Shown here in pieces: positions 52,525 through 62,445 of a DNA stretch of 64,000 nucleotides. The stretch is from Candidatus Levyibacteriota bacterium (lineage in GTDB: Bacteria; Patescibacteriota; Microgenomatia; Levybacterales; UBA12049). Positions within the stretch are counted from its first letter, which is position 1, and each line of letters begins with the position of its first letter. The DNA lies in contig PLZJ01000002.1 of the NCBI GenBank assembly GCA_003152105.1, positions 685,140 to 749,139 of the forward strand, in the 5' to 3' direction. The position numbers and the translations under genes were made by a program. The notes below the pieces were generated by a model that worked only from the letters and a program-made list of their open reading frames with translations, was not told the origin of the DNA and searched no databases.

Positions 52525-53256
52525 TTACGCTTCACCTCCTTCATGTTGTGGTGTAATCAGAATTGACATAAACGCCATTGTAAGCATACCAAATACTGCA
52601 GCTTGCACAAGACCTACAAATGACTCATACAGCATCAATGGCACAGGAAGGATAAAAGCAAATACAGATGTCAATTGTGATAATAGTACTTCTCCCGCAT
52701 AAATATTTCCAAATAATCGAAAAGAAAAAGAAATAATTTTTGTAAATTCTGAAATAAGCTCCAAAAGTCCAATTGGCAACATGTAGGGATTATTAAAAGT
52801 TATAAATCGAGAAATATATTCCTTAAATCCTAAAGATCTGTAGCTCATTATATGAGTTGCGGCAAGAGAAATCAGAGCCAGTGCTGCGGTTACATTAAGA
52901 TCTGTAGATGCACTGCGAAGTAGAGGAATAAACCCTTTCTTTGTATAAAAGCCTATCGCTCCTATTCCAGGGAGTAATCCACTGTAGTTTGAAACGAGAA
53001 TAAAGAGCGTAAATGTAATAACCCATGGATAAATCTTCTTGGCATTTTCACCCGCTAATGTTTCTGTAAGTCCATACACATATTCTGTAATAACTTCAAA
53101 AATATTTTGAAAAGTTCCCGGAATTAAGGTTAGATGTTTGTAAATAAATAAAGTGGATAGTAATAAAAAAAAATCTACGAAAAGCGTGTCAATGAATGTG
53201 TTTGTTATTGGAAATTTAAATAAAGTTAGAACCGGTTCTGATGCTATTGGAATCAT
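52525..53256 (-). CDS. atpB: ATP synthase F0 subunit a
   Basis: N..GLLPG, DLN.T, SFSFRLFGNI.AGE, VQA.VF. Confidence 0.95.
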   Translation of the reverse strand: MIPIASEPVLTLFKFPITNTFIDTLFVDFFLLLSTLFIYKHLTLIPGTFQNIFEVITEYVYGLTETLAGENAKKIYPWVITFTLFILVSNYSGLLPGIGAIGFYTKKGFIPLLRSASTDLNVTAALALISLAATHIMSYRSLGFKEYISRFITFNNPYMLPIGLLELISEFTKIISFSFRLFGNIYAGEVLLSQLTSVFAFILPVPLMLYESFVGLVQAAVFGMLTMAFMSILITPQHEGGEA

Positions 53257-53286
53257 AAAAAGAACCTTTAAACAAGGTTCTGCTTA

Positions 53287-53315
53287 ATTATAAAATTAAT
53301 TTTTAGGTAAGTCAA
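53287..53315 (-). promoter_or_regulatory. Sigma70 promoter of the atp operon, overlapping the dnaE 3' end
   Basis: TTGACT-N17-TATAAT. Confidence 0.8.
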
Positions 53316-56300
53316 GAAGTGTACGATCGATTGGAATTATCTTTTCAACGATAATTGCAGGTCTGTCATTTTTTGCATCAATAAATCCTTCAATTAAAAC
53401 GACCTTATCTTCAAATATATGTTGACGATATTCTGCATAAATTTTAGGAAATACAATACATTCTATGCTTGCTCCAGTTTGATCGGTAATTGTAATAAAT
53501 GCCATTTCTGCATTGGATTTTTTTGTGTATATTTTCTTGGCAGATTCGATAATGCCTCCAACTCTTACTTTGCTTTTTTCTTTTTCATCTTCTATTAATG
53601 AAAGTTCATGGGTTATGTGAATTTTTAAATATTCGAGCACATCGCTATGGGGATGAGACGTTAAATATATGCCCAAAAATTCTTTTTCAAAAGCTAGTTT
53701 TTCGATTTGTGTAAAATCCTCAACATCAGAAGATGCAGTTTTCATCTGCATATCATCAAGGGAATCTCCAAAGAGTGATTTTTGTTTCTCTTCTTTTTTC
53801 TTCTTACCAATTTGATTAACTATTTCCGGATAAATTAGTAATAATTTTGCACGATTTCCAAATTTATCTAAAGCGCCAGCTTTTATAAGGCTTTCCATTG
53901 TTTTTTTGTTAACCGTGCCTAAGTCAATCCGCTTACAAAAATCTTCTAAAGTAGAAAATGTTTTTTCTTTGCGCGCCGAGAGTATATTTGTTATTGCAGC
54001 AGTGCCCACATTTTTAATTGCGGATAGACCAAATCTAATCTTAGTATCATCTTCTATAATAAATTCTTCATCTGATTTATTTATATCTGGTGGTAACACT
54101 TCAATTCCTAGTCTCTTGCATTCTAGTACTCCCTGAGATATTTTTTCATTTTTAGTAGGTCCAGTTGTAGCTCTGGATTCTGCGGTTAGTAAAGCAGTCA
54201 TAAATTCAACGGAATAATGTGCTTTTAAATATGCAGTACGAAATGCAATTGTTGCATAACAGGCTGCATGTGCTTTATTAAATCCATATCCTGCAAATGG
54301 CGCAATGAGCTCAAAAAGCTCTTCTGCTTTTTTTTGAGATAACCCTTTTTTAACAGCTCCTGAAATAAATTGTTCTTGTTGTTTTTTCATCTCAGAAGGG
54401 ATTTTCTTTCCCATAGCTTTCCTAAATTTATCAGCTTCTAGCCAATCATAGCCTGCGATTTCAATTGTAGTAAGTAGAACATCATCTTGATATGTTAAAA
54501 TCCCATATGAGTTTTCTAAAATATCTTTTAGTCTTGGGTCAGGATAGGTAATAAGTGATGGATTATGTTTTCTATTAATAAAATCTGGTATATTTTGCAT
54601 TGGACCTGGTCTATATAGAGAAACCATTGCCATTAAATCAAATATGGTAGTTGGTTTTAGGTCTTTTATATATCTTCTCATGCCTGAAGATTCTAGCTGA
54701 AAAATACCAGTAGTCTCAGCTTTGGAAAGTAATTCGTATGTATCTTTATCATCAAGTGGAACGGTTGAAAAATCAATATCTATATTTTTTGTAATTTTAA
54801 TAAATCGTAAACTCTCTTCAATAATTGTTAAGTTTCGAAGACCCAAAAAGTCCATTTTTAATAGCCCTACACCGTCTTCGCCAACCGTGTACATGTCATA
54901 TTGTGTAACAATTTTATCGCCGTTAGATTCTTTTTGAAGAGGAACATATTCTGTTAATGGTTTATCAGCAATTACTACTCCTGCAGCATGTGTGGAGGCA
55001 TGTCTCGCAACGCCTTCTAATTTTTTAGCTACATCAATTAGTCTTTTTGTTTCAGGTTCTGTTGTGTAAGCTCTATGAAGATCCGGACTCTGTTTTAATG
55101 CTGAATCCAATGTCATTGCATGTCCTTGCCAACCAGGAGGAATCATTTTTGATATTCTGTCAGGAGCAGAATAGGGCATTCCAAGTGCTCTTCCGGCATC
55201 TCGAACAGCTCCTCGTGCTTCCATAGTTCCAAAAGTAATGATTTGCGCTACTTTGTCTAAGCCATATTTATCAGTAACATAGCGAATTACATCATCTCGT
55301 CTCGTATCTGCAAAATCTAAGTCAATATCAGGAGCTGAAGGACGTAATGGATTTAAAAATCTCTCAAATGGTAGTGAGAAATAAAATGGGTCAATATCTG
55401 TGATTCGCAGGGCATAAGAAACTACAGATCCCGCAGCAGAACCTCGTCCAGGACCAACGGAAATACCATTATCTTTGGCCCAATTAACAAAATCTGCAAC
55501 CACTAAAAAATAAGTCTCGTACCCTTTACTCAGAATTATCGATAACTCATAGTCAACTCTTTTTTCTATTTCAGAAGTTATCGTTCCATACCTTCTTTTT
55601 AATCCCTTATTTACGAGATCTTTTAAATATTCAGAAGTTTTTTTATTATTTGGTACATCATATTTTGGAATTATCCACTTTCCAAGAGTAATTTCAAGAT
55701 TACACTGATCAGAAATAAATGAAGAGTTAGTAACCGCGTCCGGTATATCTAAAAATAATTGTTCCATTTCTTCCCCTGATTTGATATAGAAATCGGGAGA
55801 ATCAATCATTGATAGTTTTCTATTTGGCGTATCAATTGTTGTTTGCGTTTGAATACAAAGTAATATTTCTTGCGCTTCAGCATCTTCTTTGAATGTATAA
55901 TGATTATCGTTAGTTGCTACTAAAGGAATTCCAAGTTTTTTAGATAAGGAAATTAATTTTTTATTAACCTTTTCTTGAATAGGAATATTTAGGTGTCTTT
56001 GAATCTCAAGATATAAATTTTCATTCCCATAAATTTCCAAAAGTTTAAGAGCCCTTTTTTCAGCCTCTTCATCTCTGTCTTCCGTTATGGGTGAGGAAAC
56101 ATATCCGTTAACACAAGCTGTTAAACATATTAATCCTTCATTATGTTTTGAAAGAAGTTCTAGATCTACCCGTGGTTTATAGTAAAAACCTTCTAGATTA
56201 GCAGTTGAGACTATTTTTATTAAATTTTTATAGCCAGTGGTATTTTTTGCAAGTAAAATTAAGTGATTGTAATCATTATCAATTCCCGCTTCTTTATCAA

Positions 56301-56526
56301 GTAATCTTCTTTTTGCTACGTAAATTTCGCAACCAATGATTGGTTTTATGCCTGCTGCTAAACATGCACTATAAAAACGTATTGTTCCATACATATTTCC
56401 ATGATCAGTTATTGCCAAAGATTTCATACCTAGTTCCTTGGCGCGCTTTACCATAGGTTCTATTTTTGATAAACCGTCTAATAACGAATATTCGCTATGA
56501 TTATGGAGATGTACAAAGCTATTCAT
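53296..56526 (-). CDS. dnaE: DNA polymerase III alpha subunit
   Basis: PHP HLHNHSEYSLLDG, GRGSAAGS, PDIDLDF, YGFNKAHA, OB fold. Confidence 0.97.
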   Translation of the reverse strand: MNSFVHLHNHSEYSLLDGLSKIEPMVKRAKELGMKSLAITDHGNMYGTIRFYSACLAAGIKPIIGCEIYVAKRRLLDKEAGIDNDYNHLILLAKNTTGYKNLIKIVSTANLEGFYYKPRVDLELLSKHNEGLICLTACVNGYVSSPITEDRDEEAEKRALKLLEIYGNENLYLEIQRHLNIPIQEKVNKKLISLSKKLGIPLVATNDNHYTFKEDAEAQEILLCIQTQTTIDTPNRKLSMIDSPDFYIKSGEEMEQLFLDIPDAVTNSSFISDQCNLEITLGKWIIPKYDVPNNKKTSEYLKDLVNKGLKRRYGTITSEIEKRVDYELSIILSKGYETYFLVVADFVNWAKDNGISVGPGRGSAAGSVVSYALRITDIDPFYFSLPFERFLNPLRPSAPDIDLDFADTRRDDVIRYVTDKYGLDKVAQIITFGTMEARGAVRDAGRALGMPYSAPDRISKMIPPGWQGHAMTLDSALKQSPDLHRAYTTEPETKRLIDVAKKLEGVARHASTHAAGVVIADKPLTEYVPLQKESNGDKIVTQYDMYTVGEDGVGLLKMDFLGLRNLTIIEESLRFIKITKNIDIDFSTVPLDDKDTYELLSKAETTGIFQLESSGMRRYIKDLKPTTIFDLMAMVSLYRPGPMQNIPDFINRKHNPSLITYPDPRLKDILENSYGILTYQDDVLLTTIEIAGYDWLEADKFRKAMGKKIPSEMKKQQEQFISGAVKKGLSQKKAEELFELIAPFAGYGFNKAHAACYATIAFRTAYLKAHYSVEFMTALLTAESRATTGPTKNEKISQGVLECKRLGIEVLPPDINKSDEEFIIEDDTKIRFGLSAIKNVGTAAITNILSARKEKTFSTLEDFCKRIDLGTVNKKTMESLIKAGALDKFGNRAKLLLIYPEIVNQIGKKKKEEKQKSLFGDSLDDMQMKTASSDVEDFTQIEKLAFEKEFLGIYLTSHPHSDVLEYLKIHITHELSLIEDEKEKSKVRVGGIIESAKKIYTKKSNAEMAFITITDQTGASIECIVFPKIYAEYRQHIFEDKVVLIEGFIDAKNDRPAIIVEKIIPIDRTLLDLPKN

Positions 56527-56529
56527 AAG

Positions 56530-57309
56530 TTACGCTGCTTTAGAAAGTGTTCGGTATGATATTGCATTTTGGTCATTTCGTTCAGCGATTATATTTGATC
56601 CACGATTTTCTTTTGCAACTGATAAGGCTAGCCCAGCTTGAGCAATTAAATCTTCTGCAGATTGTGTGCCATCGTATTTTGCAAATCCAAAAGTTAAGCT
56701 AATTTTTCTTGTTGCATCTTTTGTGTAAGTGGGAAGTACTGATGCTTTTGCAAATAATTCACTACTCATATCACCAATATTTTTTTGATGTCTGTTTGTT
56801 AATTCAAGTAATGACGCTTCATTTAATGTATGTGGATCACCTTCAATAACCTGAATAAATTCGTCTCCACCGTCATTCTTTCGAGCTAACAAGTCTCCAG
56901 GCCTTACTGGTAAATGGGCCATAAGCTTGATTGCTTGATCTCCGCCTTCATGAGGACCAAATGCACTATTAAAATCTTTAAAATTATTAATGTCCATAAA
57001 TAACACGTATAAATTAGGAGCACTTCTTCTATCGCCTTTTTCTATATCTAATTCTTGTCTATTAATTGTTTGAATTCTCGATTTTAGGTCTTGTAATAGT
57101 TGTCTTCCATTTGGTAAACCTGTTAACGCATCAATATTAGATAAGCCTTTATATTCATCTCTTTCTGCAATAAGTGATTTCTGCTTTTCTTCTGCCTCTC
57201 TTCTTTGAAGATGATTTTTTACAGTACCTAACGCATCATGAAGAAATGTTTTTCTTACTTGTTCGTATGGAATGCTAACTTCTGATTCAGGAACAGATTT
57301 TTCTGACAT
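56530..57309 (-). CDS. GGDEF domain protein (diguanylate cyclase-like) with N-terminal coiled coil
   Basis: DALTGLPN, FMDINNFK..N, RPGD I-site, GGDEF. Confidence 0.85.
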   Translation of the reverse strand: MSEKSVPESEVSIPYEQVRKTFLHDALGTVKNHLQRREAEEKQKSLIAERDEYKGLSNIDALTGLPNGRQLLQDLKSRIQTINRQELDIEKGDRRSAPNLYVLFMDINNFKDFNSAFGPHEGGDQAIKLMAHLPVRPGDLLARKNDGGDEFIQVIEGDPHTLNEASLLELTNRHQKNIGDMSSELFAKASVLPTYTKDATRKISLTFGFAKYDGTQSAEDLIAQAGLALSVAKENRGSNIIAERNDQNAISYRTLSKAA

Positions 57310-57310
57310 A

Positions 57311-58633
57311 TTAGTTGTTATTTAAATATTTTTCAAGGTTTTCTTTTACAAGTTTCGGATCAATTTTCTCATCATACAATCGCAGTACCTGTCCTAGTAA
57401 ATACATAATAACATTAGTTTTACCATTCTTATAATCATTGATGGCGTTTTTATTCTCTTGTAGTACTTTTTCAATAACACTAGTAAGTTTCTGTTCGTCT
57501 ATAGTATTACTTTTTGAAGAAGATAGAATGGTTTTTATAATTTCTGAAGGAACAGATTTTTCAATATCTGGTTTTTTGTTAATAATATAATTTGCAATTT
57601 GTTTTGGTGTAACTGAAAAAGATTTTCCATCTAAAACCGCTTTATCAAAAAAATCTGCGGTATTTTTGTCTCTTGTAAGAATTTCAATATCGTAACTTGA
57701 TAAGTCATACGAACTCTTAAACCTTTTTGCCTTAATGTTAGGAAGTTCAGGTATAAATTTAGTTAATTTTTCAATTATCTCATTCGTAAGTTGAATTGGT
57801 GGTATATCTGGTTCAGGAAAATATCTATAGTCATTTGCTTCTTCTTTTACTCTTTGGAGGATAGTTTCATTTTTTGTTTCATTCCATCCTCTTGTTTCTT
57901 GAGGTGGAGTTATTCCATCGGATAATAAAATTTCTTGTCGTTTAATTTCAAAATTTATTGCTTTTTCAACAAATTTAAATGAATTAATATTTTTAACTTC
58001 CACTTTATAAGGTGGCAGCACACCCTTTTTTACTGTCAGTGATATATTTGGTTCAAGTCTCATTTCGCCACGTTCCATGTTTGCATCTGAAACTTCCAAA
58101 TAGCGAACTATTTGTTGTAATGCTTGCAAATATTCCTTTACTTCTTCCGCATTCTCAAAATCCGGTTCTGTAACTATTTCAACAAGTGGAACTCCTGATC
58201 GGTTAAAATCAATTAAACTCACAGATTCTCCATTAATTTTTTCATGCATTAATTTGCCTGTATCTTCTTCCATATGCACTCTTCTAATTCGAATTTTCTT
58301 ACCATTTTGAAGTATTAGGTAGCCATTTTTAGCAAAGGGCATATCGTACTGAGAAATTTGATATCCTTTTGCCAGATCTGGATAAAAATAATTTTTACGG
58401 TCAAATTTTGAATGTAGCGCTATTTTTCCGTTTAATGCTATGCCGATTAGTATGCACCATTCAATAGCTTTTTTATTAGGTACTGGAAGGCCACCAGGCA
58501 TGCCTAGACATACCGCACATGTTTGTGAGTTAGGAGCTTTACCAAAATACTGCGTTGAACATCCGCAAAACATTTTGCTTTTTGTTTTTAACTCAACGTG
58601 CACCTCTAAGCCAATAACAGGTAAATATTTCAT
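57311..58633 (-). CDS. gatB: Asp/Glu-tRNA amidotransferase subunit B
   Basis: VIGLEVHVEL, FDRKNYFYPDL, HMEEDTGK, YRYFPEPD. Confidence 0.97.
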   Translation of the reverse strand: MKYLPVIGLEVHVELKTKSKMFCGCSTQYFGKAPNSQTCAVCLGMPGGLPVPNKKAIEWCILIGIALNGKIALHSKFDRKNYFYPDLAKGYQISQYDMPFAKNGYLILQNGKKIRIRRVHMEEDTGKLMHEKINGESVSLIDFNRSGVPLVEIVTEPDFENAEEVKEYLQALQQIVRYLEVSDANMERGEMRLEPNISLTVKKGVLPPYKVEVKNINSFKFVEKAINFEIKRQEILLSDGITPPQETRGWNETKNETILQRVKEEANDYRYFPEPDIPPIQLTNEIIEKLTKFIPELPNIKAKRFKSSYDLSSYDIEILTRDKNTADFFDKAVLDGKSFSVTPKQIANYIINKKPDIEKSVPSEIIKTILSSSKSNTIDEQKLTSVIEKVLQENKNAINDYKNGKTNVIMYLLGQVLRLYDEKIDPKLVKENLEKYLNNN

Positions 58634-60030
58634 AGTTTCGCTTGTTGTTTGTGAAACAACGTGTTTTGTTCAAAAAGGTGTGCTAGTTGTAAAACTACTT
58701 CTTCTTTGAATTGTGGGCCAATTATTTGCATGCCAATTGGTAGTCCTAAACTCGTAAAGCCACAAGTTACATTTATTCCTGAAAGTCCTGCAATAGATGA
58801 GGGTTCAACTAGTACATCTGCTAATTCTCCAAACATCGAGTTCTCTTTAGTAGCACCTAAAGGAAGAGCTGCAGTTGGTGCAGTAGGGGCTACTATAGCG
58901 TCTACTTCTGAAAATGCTTTGTTAAAATCGTTAATAATTTCAGTTCGTACTTTAACTGCTTTATTGTAATATGCATCATAATAGCCGCTCGAAAGTGTAA
59001 AAGTACCAAGCATTATCCTTCTTTTTGCTTCTTCGCCAAACATATCTCTGCCATTGCCATATCGTATTCCATCATATCTTGCTAAATTTGAAGAGACTTC
59101 TGCTCGTTGAATAATAGTATAATCTGAAATCGCATATTTAGGATCAAATAATTTTATTTTTTTTATAAGCATACCCTTTTTTTCAAATTCCTCAATTGCT
59201 TTATAAACCGCATTTGCAACTTGACTATCTACACTGTTAAAGTAGTCTTCAGAAACTCCAATAGTCATTTTCTTCTTATTTTGTAAATTGTTTGCATAGT
59301 CAGGAACCAAAAGGGGTGAGCTTGTTGCATCTTTTGGGTCATGTCCAGCAATTACTTTAAGTACTAGTGCGGCATCTTTAACAGTTTTAGTAAGTGGTCC
59401 TGGACTATCTAATGAAGAAGCCATTGCTACAACTCCAAATCTGCTTACTCTGCCATATGTTGGCTTTAGTCCAACAACTCCACACCAAGAAGCAGGCTGT
59501 CTAATCGATCCTGCAGTTTCACTACCAATGGCAAATATAGCCTGATTTGCCGCAATACTTGCCGCAGAGCCTCCAGATGAACCTCCAGGTAAATAACCCA
59601 CATTCCATGGATTTTTTGTAGGCCCAAAATCAGATGTTTCTGTTGATGAGCCATGAGCCCATGCATCTAAATTTGTTTTGCCAATTAAAATTGCACCTGC
59701 GTCTTCTAATTTTTGCACAACCGTTGCATTATACGGTGGTATAAAGTTAGCAAGCACATTTGACGATGCAGTTGTTCTTATGTTTTGTGTTGAAAAATTA
59801 TCTTTTAATACATACGGTATTCCAAGAAGAGGAAGGTCGATTCCTTTGCTTCTTTTAACATCAGATTTTTCAGCATTTTCAATTGCCTGCTCTTTTATAA
59901 GAGTAATAACTGCATTAAGCTTACTATCAGTGTTTTGAATGCGAGAGATACATGCATTTGTTAATTCAACTGATGAGAAAGATTTATTTTTTAAATTTTC
60001 AATGGCTTCTGTCAGTGTTAATGTATTCAT
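58630..60030 (-). CDS. gatA: Asp/Glu-tRNA amidotransferase subunit A
   Basis: GGSSGGS, GSIRQPA, SSNLARYDG. Confidence 0.97.
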   Translation of the reverse strand: MNTLTLTEAIENLKNKSFSSVELTNACISRIQNTDSKLNAVITLIKEQAIENAEKSDVKRSKGIDLPLLGIPYVLKDNFSTQNIRTTASSNVLANFIPPYNATVVQKLEDAGAILIGKTNLDAWAHGSSTETSDFGPTKNPWNVGYLPGGSSGGSAASIAANQAIFAIGSETAGSIRQPASWCGVVGLKPTYGRVSRFGVVAMASSLDSPGPLTKTVKDAALVLKVIAGHDPKDATSSPLLVPDYANNLQNKKKMTIGVSEDYFNSVDSQVANAVYKAIEEFEKKGMLIKKIKLFDPKYAISDYTIIQRAEVSSNLARYDGIRYGNGRDMFGEEAKRRIMLGTFTLSSGYYDAYYNKAVKVRTEIINDFNKAFSEVDAIVAPTAPTAALPLGATKENSMFGELADVLVEPSSIAGLSGINVTCGFTSLGLPIGMQIIGPQFKEEVVLQLAHLFEQNTLFHKQQAKL

Positions 60031-60032
60031 AA

Positions 60033-60317
60033 TTATTCGTTTTCTAATATACCTTTAACTTTAAAAAATCCTTTGTAGCTGTCTTTTGCGTTTAGTAAAG
60101 CCTCCTCTTGTGTAAAAGAAGAGGTAACAATATCATCTCTGACAACATTTTTAAGTCCAGTAACTTGATCTGTGTTAGGTGTGTTTTCAGTATTAATATC
60201 TTTTAGGATATTAATATATGTGAGTGTTTTGGTAAGTTGTGAAGAAAGAAGTTCTAGCTCATTCTTATCAATGTGTAAATTGGCGAGTTTTGCTATGTGT
60301 GATACATTAAATTTCAT
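60033..60317 (-). CDS. gatC: Asp/Glu-tRNA amidotransferase subunit C
   Basis: HIAKLANL, RDD, FFKV; upstream of gatA. Confidence 0.92.
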   Translation of the reverse strand: MKFNVSHIAKLANLHIDKNELELLSSQLTKTLTYINILKDINTENTPNTDQVTGLKNVVRDDIVTSSFTQEEALLNAKDSYKGFFKVKGILENE

Positions 60318-60355
60318 CTATTACTTGAAATAACTGGGATTTCGTTATGCAGTAA

Positions 60356-61117
60356 TTATAACGCAGTACCAAGCTTATTAGCAATTGCTTTTTGTGCTTT
60401 ACTTTCTAAGAAATCATCTAGCTCATCCAGAGTAATTTTTTTATTGTATTTAACTTCTAACGCTTTTTTTAGTAAAAAATCTGCAATTTTAGGATTTTTA
60501 GGAAGTAACGGTCCATGAAAGTAACAGCCAATTGCATTTTTGTATATCATTCCCTCTGTTTTATCATGTCCATTGTTTCCAAATCCTTTGATTACTTTTG
60601 CAAAAGGAAGAGTAGAGTCTTTAAGATAAGATCTGCCTCCGTGATTTTCAAAACCTACTACTAATTCATTTTTTAATTCTGGAATTTGTATTTTACCTAT
60701 TATATTACCGATTAGTCTATGGTTTTCATTTTCAGGATGTATTGTGTCAACATTAAAAATACCAAGACCTTTAATTCTTTTTCCAACTGCAGGTTCATAA
60801 AAATTGCCCATCAACTGTGGAGATCCACATACAAAAAGTGAGGGGATATTTTTTTCAATAAGATTCTTAATAGTAGTACCTTTTTTGTCGCGTAAATCAG
60901 AAATCAGGATTTCTTGTTCTTTATCTTGTGCTCCACCACCAAAAAGAAGATCAATTTTATTTATACTTGAAAGCGGTGTTGTAAACGAAATTGGAAGAAT
61001 TTTGACTTCAATTCCGCGCCACTGTGCTCTTTTTTGCAAAACAAGTATATTGCCTCGATCGCCATATGTGCTCATTAATTCAGGGTATAACCAGCCTATT
61101 GTGATGTTATATTTCAT
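60356..61117 (-). CDS. gatD: Lipid II isoglutaminyl synthase glutaminase subunit (CobQ-like)
   Basis: LYP.LM.TYGDRGN, GGGAQD.EQ, VCG, GFENHGG, HGPLLPKNP. Confidence 0.88.
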   Translation of the reverse strand: MKYNITIGWLYPELMSTYGDRGNILVLQKRAQWRGIEVKILPISFTTPLSSINKIDLLFGGGAQDKEQEILISDLRDKKGTTIKNLIEKNIPSLFVCGSPQLMGNFYEPAVGKRIKGLGIFNVDTIHPENENHRLIGNIIGKIQIPELKNELVVGFENHGGRSYLKDSTLPFAKVIKGFGNNGHDKTEGMIYKNAIGCYFHGPLLPKNPKIADFLLKKALEVKYNKKITLDELDDFLESKAQKAIANKLGTAL

Positions 61118-62394
61118 AATATTTTTTTGCCAAGAATTATTTTTCTAATTTCTAGCATTGCAGTGTATGTAGGGAGTATGTATAGAGTTTCATTATCTGG
61201 TAATGATTTTAAAACTTCTGTTAGCTCGATTTCTATATTTTGTACTATCGTAACATCTTTAATTCCTTCATATTTAATACGAAGAGCCATATCATATACT
61301 CTGTCACCTGACACATAAATATGAGGGCACGTATTAAGCAAAGAAAGATCTGTATCCCAAATCCATGATATATCTCTGCCATCTGGAATTCTATCATTTA
61401 AACAAAATAAAATATGTTTTGCGTTTAGTTTTTGAATAGTTTGCAAGGATTGATTAAAGCTTGTTGGATTTTTTGATAAAAATATCTGAACTTTTTTATT
61501 GCCAATTTGTATTATTTCTTGTCTTCCAAAAGCGGGTTTAAATGATTTTAGTCCGTTTTCAATATTCTCATTTGGGATGCCAATGGATTTTGCGGTAAGT
61601 TCTGATGCGAGAATATTGTACTCATTGTAAGTTCCCGGTAGTGGATAAAAAATCGCATTAGTTAGATCTACCTTTGGTCTTTTAAAACTACAGTGTTTAC
61701 AGTAATATTTTCCCAAATGCGAAAAATAAGTTACAGAGTAAGTTAACTTGTGAAAACATTTAGGGCAAAATAGAGAATCTGATGAAAAACTATCAGAAGG
61801 TAAAGATTCTGCTTTGTCTAAACCAAAATATTTTACTACATGATTACTGTTACTACCAAGATAGGCAATTTGTGGATCGTCTCCATTACAAATTAAAATA
61901 ACCTCTTGAGGAAGTGATGATACTGTTTTTTTCCATTTTTCAATTATCGTTCGAACCTCTCCATATCTATCTAACTGATCTCTAAATAAATTAAGTAAGA
62001 CTATGTAGGAAGGTGTTATTTCTTTTACAATTAATGGAAATATGTTTTCATCTATTTCAAATAATGCAAAGTCAGCAGTAATTTTGCCATTTACGTTAGC
62101 ATTTGAAATCAGAGCTGAAGCAATTCCGTTCATTAGGTTGGCACCAGAGGTGTTTTGTATTACGGTAAAATTGTTTTTTTTGAGTATTGTTTTTAGCAGT
62201 TTACTTGTTGTGGTTTTGCCGTTAGTTCCAATAATAAATATGACTTTTGTTTTAGAAAAAGCAAGTTCTGAAGAAATAAAATGAGGCTGTAGAAAAAGCA
62301 TCAAATGTCCAGGCCATGTAGAGCCATTACCTAAATTAAGTGTTCTTATGCTCCTGCTTATTATTTTTAATAGAAAGATGAGAAGTACGTTCAT
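61114..62394 (-). CDS. murT: Lipid II isoglutaminyl synthase ligase subunit
   Basis: GTNGKTTT, GAN, LNLFRDQLDRYGE, CPKC...CKHC, KNP, DG.DISWIWD, PTYTAML. Confidence 0.9.
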   Translation of the reverse strand: MNVLLIFLLKIISRSIRTLNLGNGSTWPGHLMLFLQPHFISSELAFSKTKVIFIIGTNGKTTTSKLLKTILKKNNFTVIQNTSGANLMNGIASALISNANVNGKITADFALFEIDENIFPLIVKEITPSYIVLLNLFRDQLDRYGEVRTIIEKWKKTVSSLPQEVILICNGDDPQIAYLGSNSNHVVKYFGLDKAESLPSDSFSSDSLFCPKCFHKLTYSVTYFSHLGKYYCKHCSFKRPKVDLTNAIFYPLPGTYNEYNILASELTAKSIGIPNENIENGLKSFKPAFGRQEIIQIGNKKVQIFLSKNPTSFNQSLQTIQKLNAKHILFCLNDRIPDGRDISWIWDTDLSLLNTCPHIYVSGDRVYDMALRIKYEGIKDVTIVQNIEIELTEVLKSLPDNETLYILPTYTAMLEIRKIILGKKIL

Positions 62395-62445
62395 AATTTT
62401 GTAAAGAATATGCAGTAATTGTATTATTGCATATATAATTTTAAC

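Noticed and set aside
53296-56526. Intein or split dnaE
   Set aside because: Continuous ORF of ordinary length with no intein motifs
56530-57309. Hypr-type (cGAMP) GGDEF
   Set aside because: The specificity position appears to retain Asp (EGGD), not Ser/Thr
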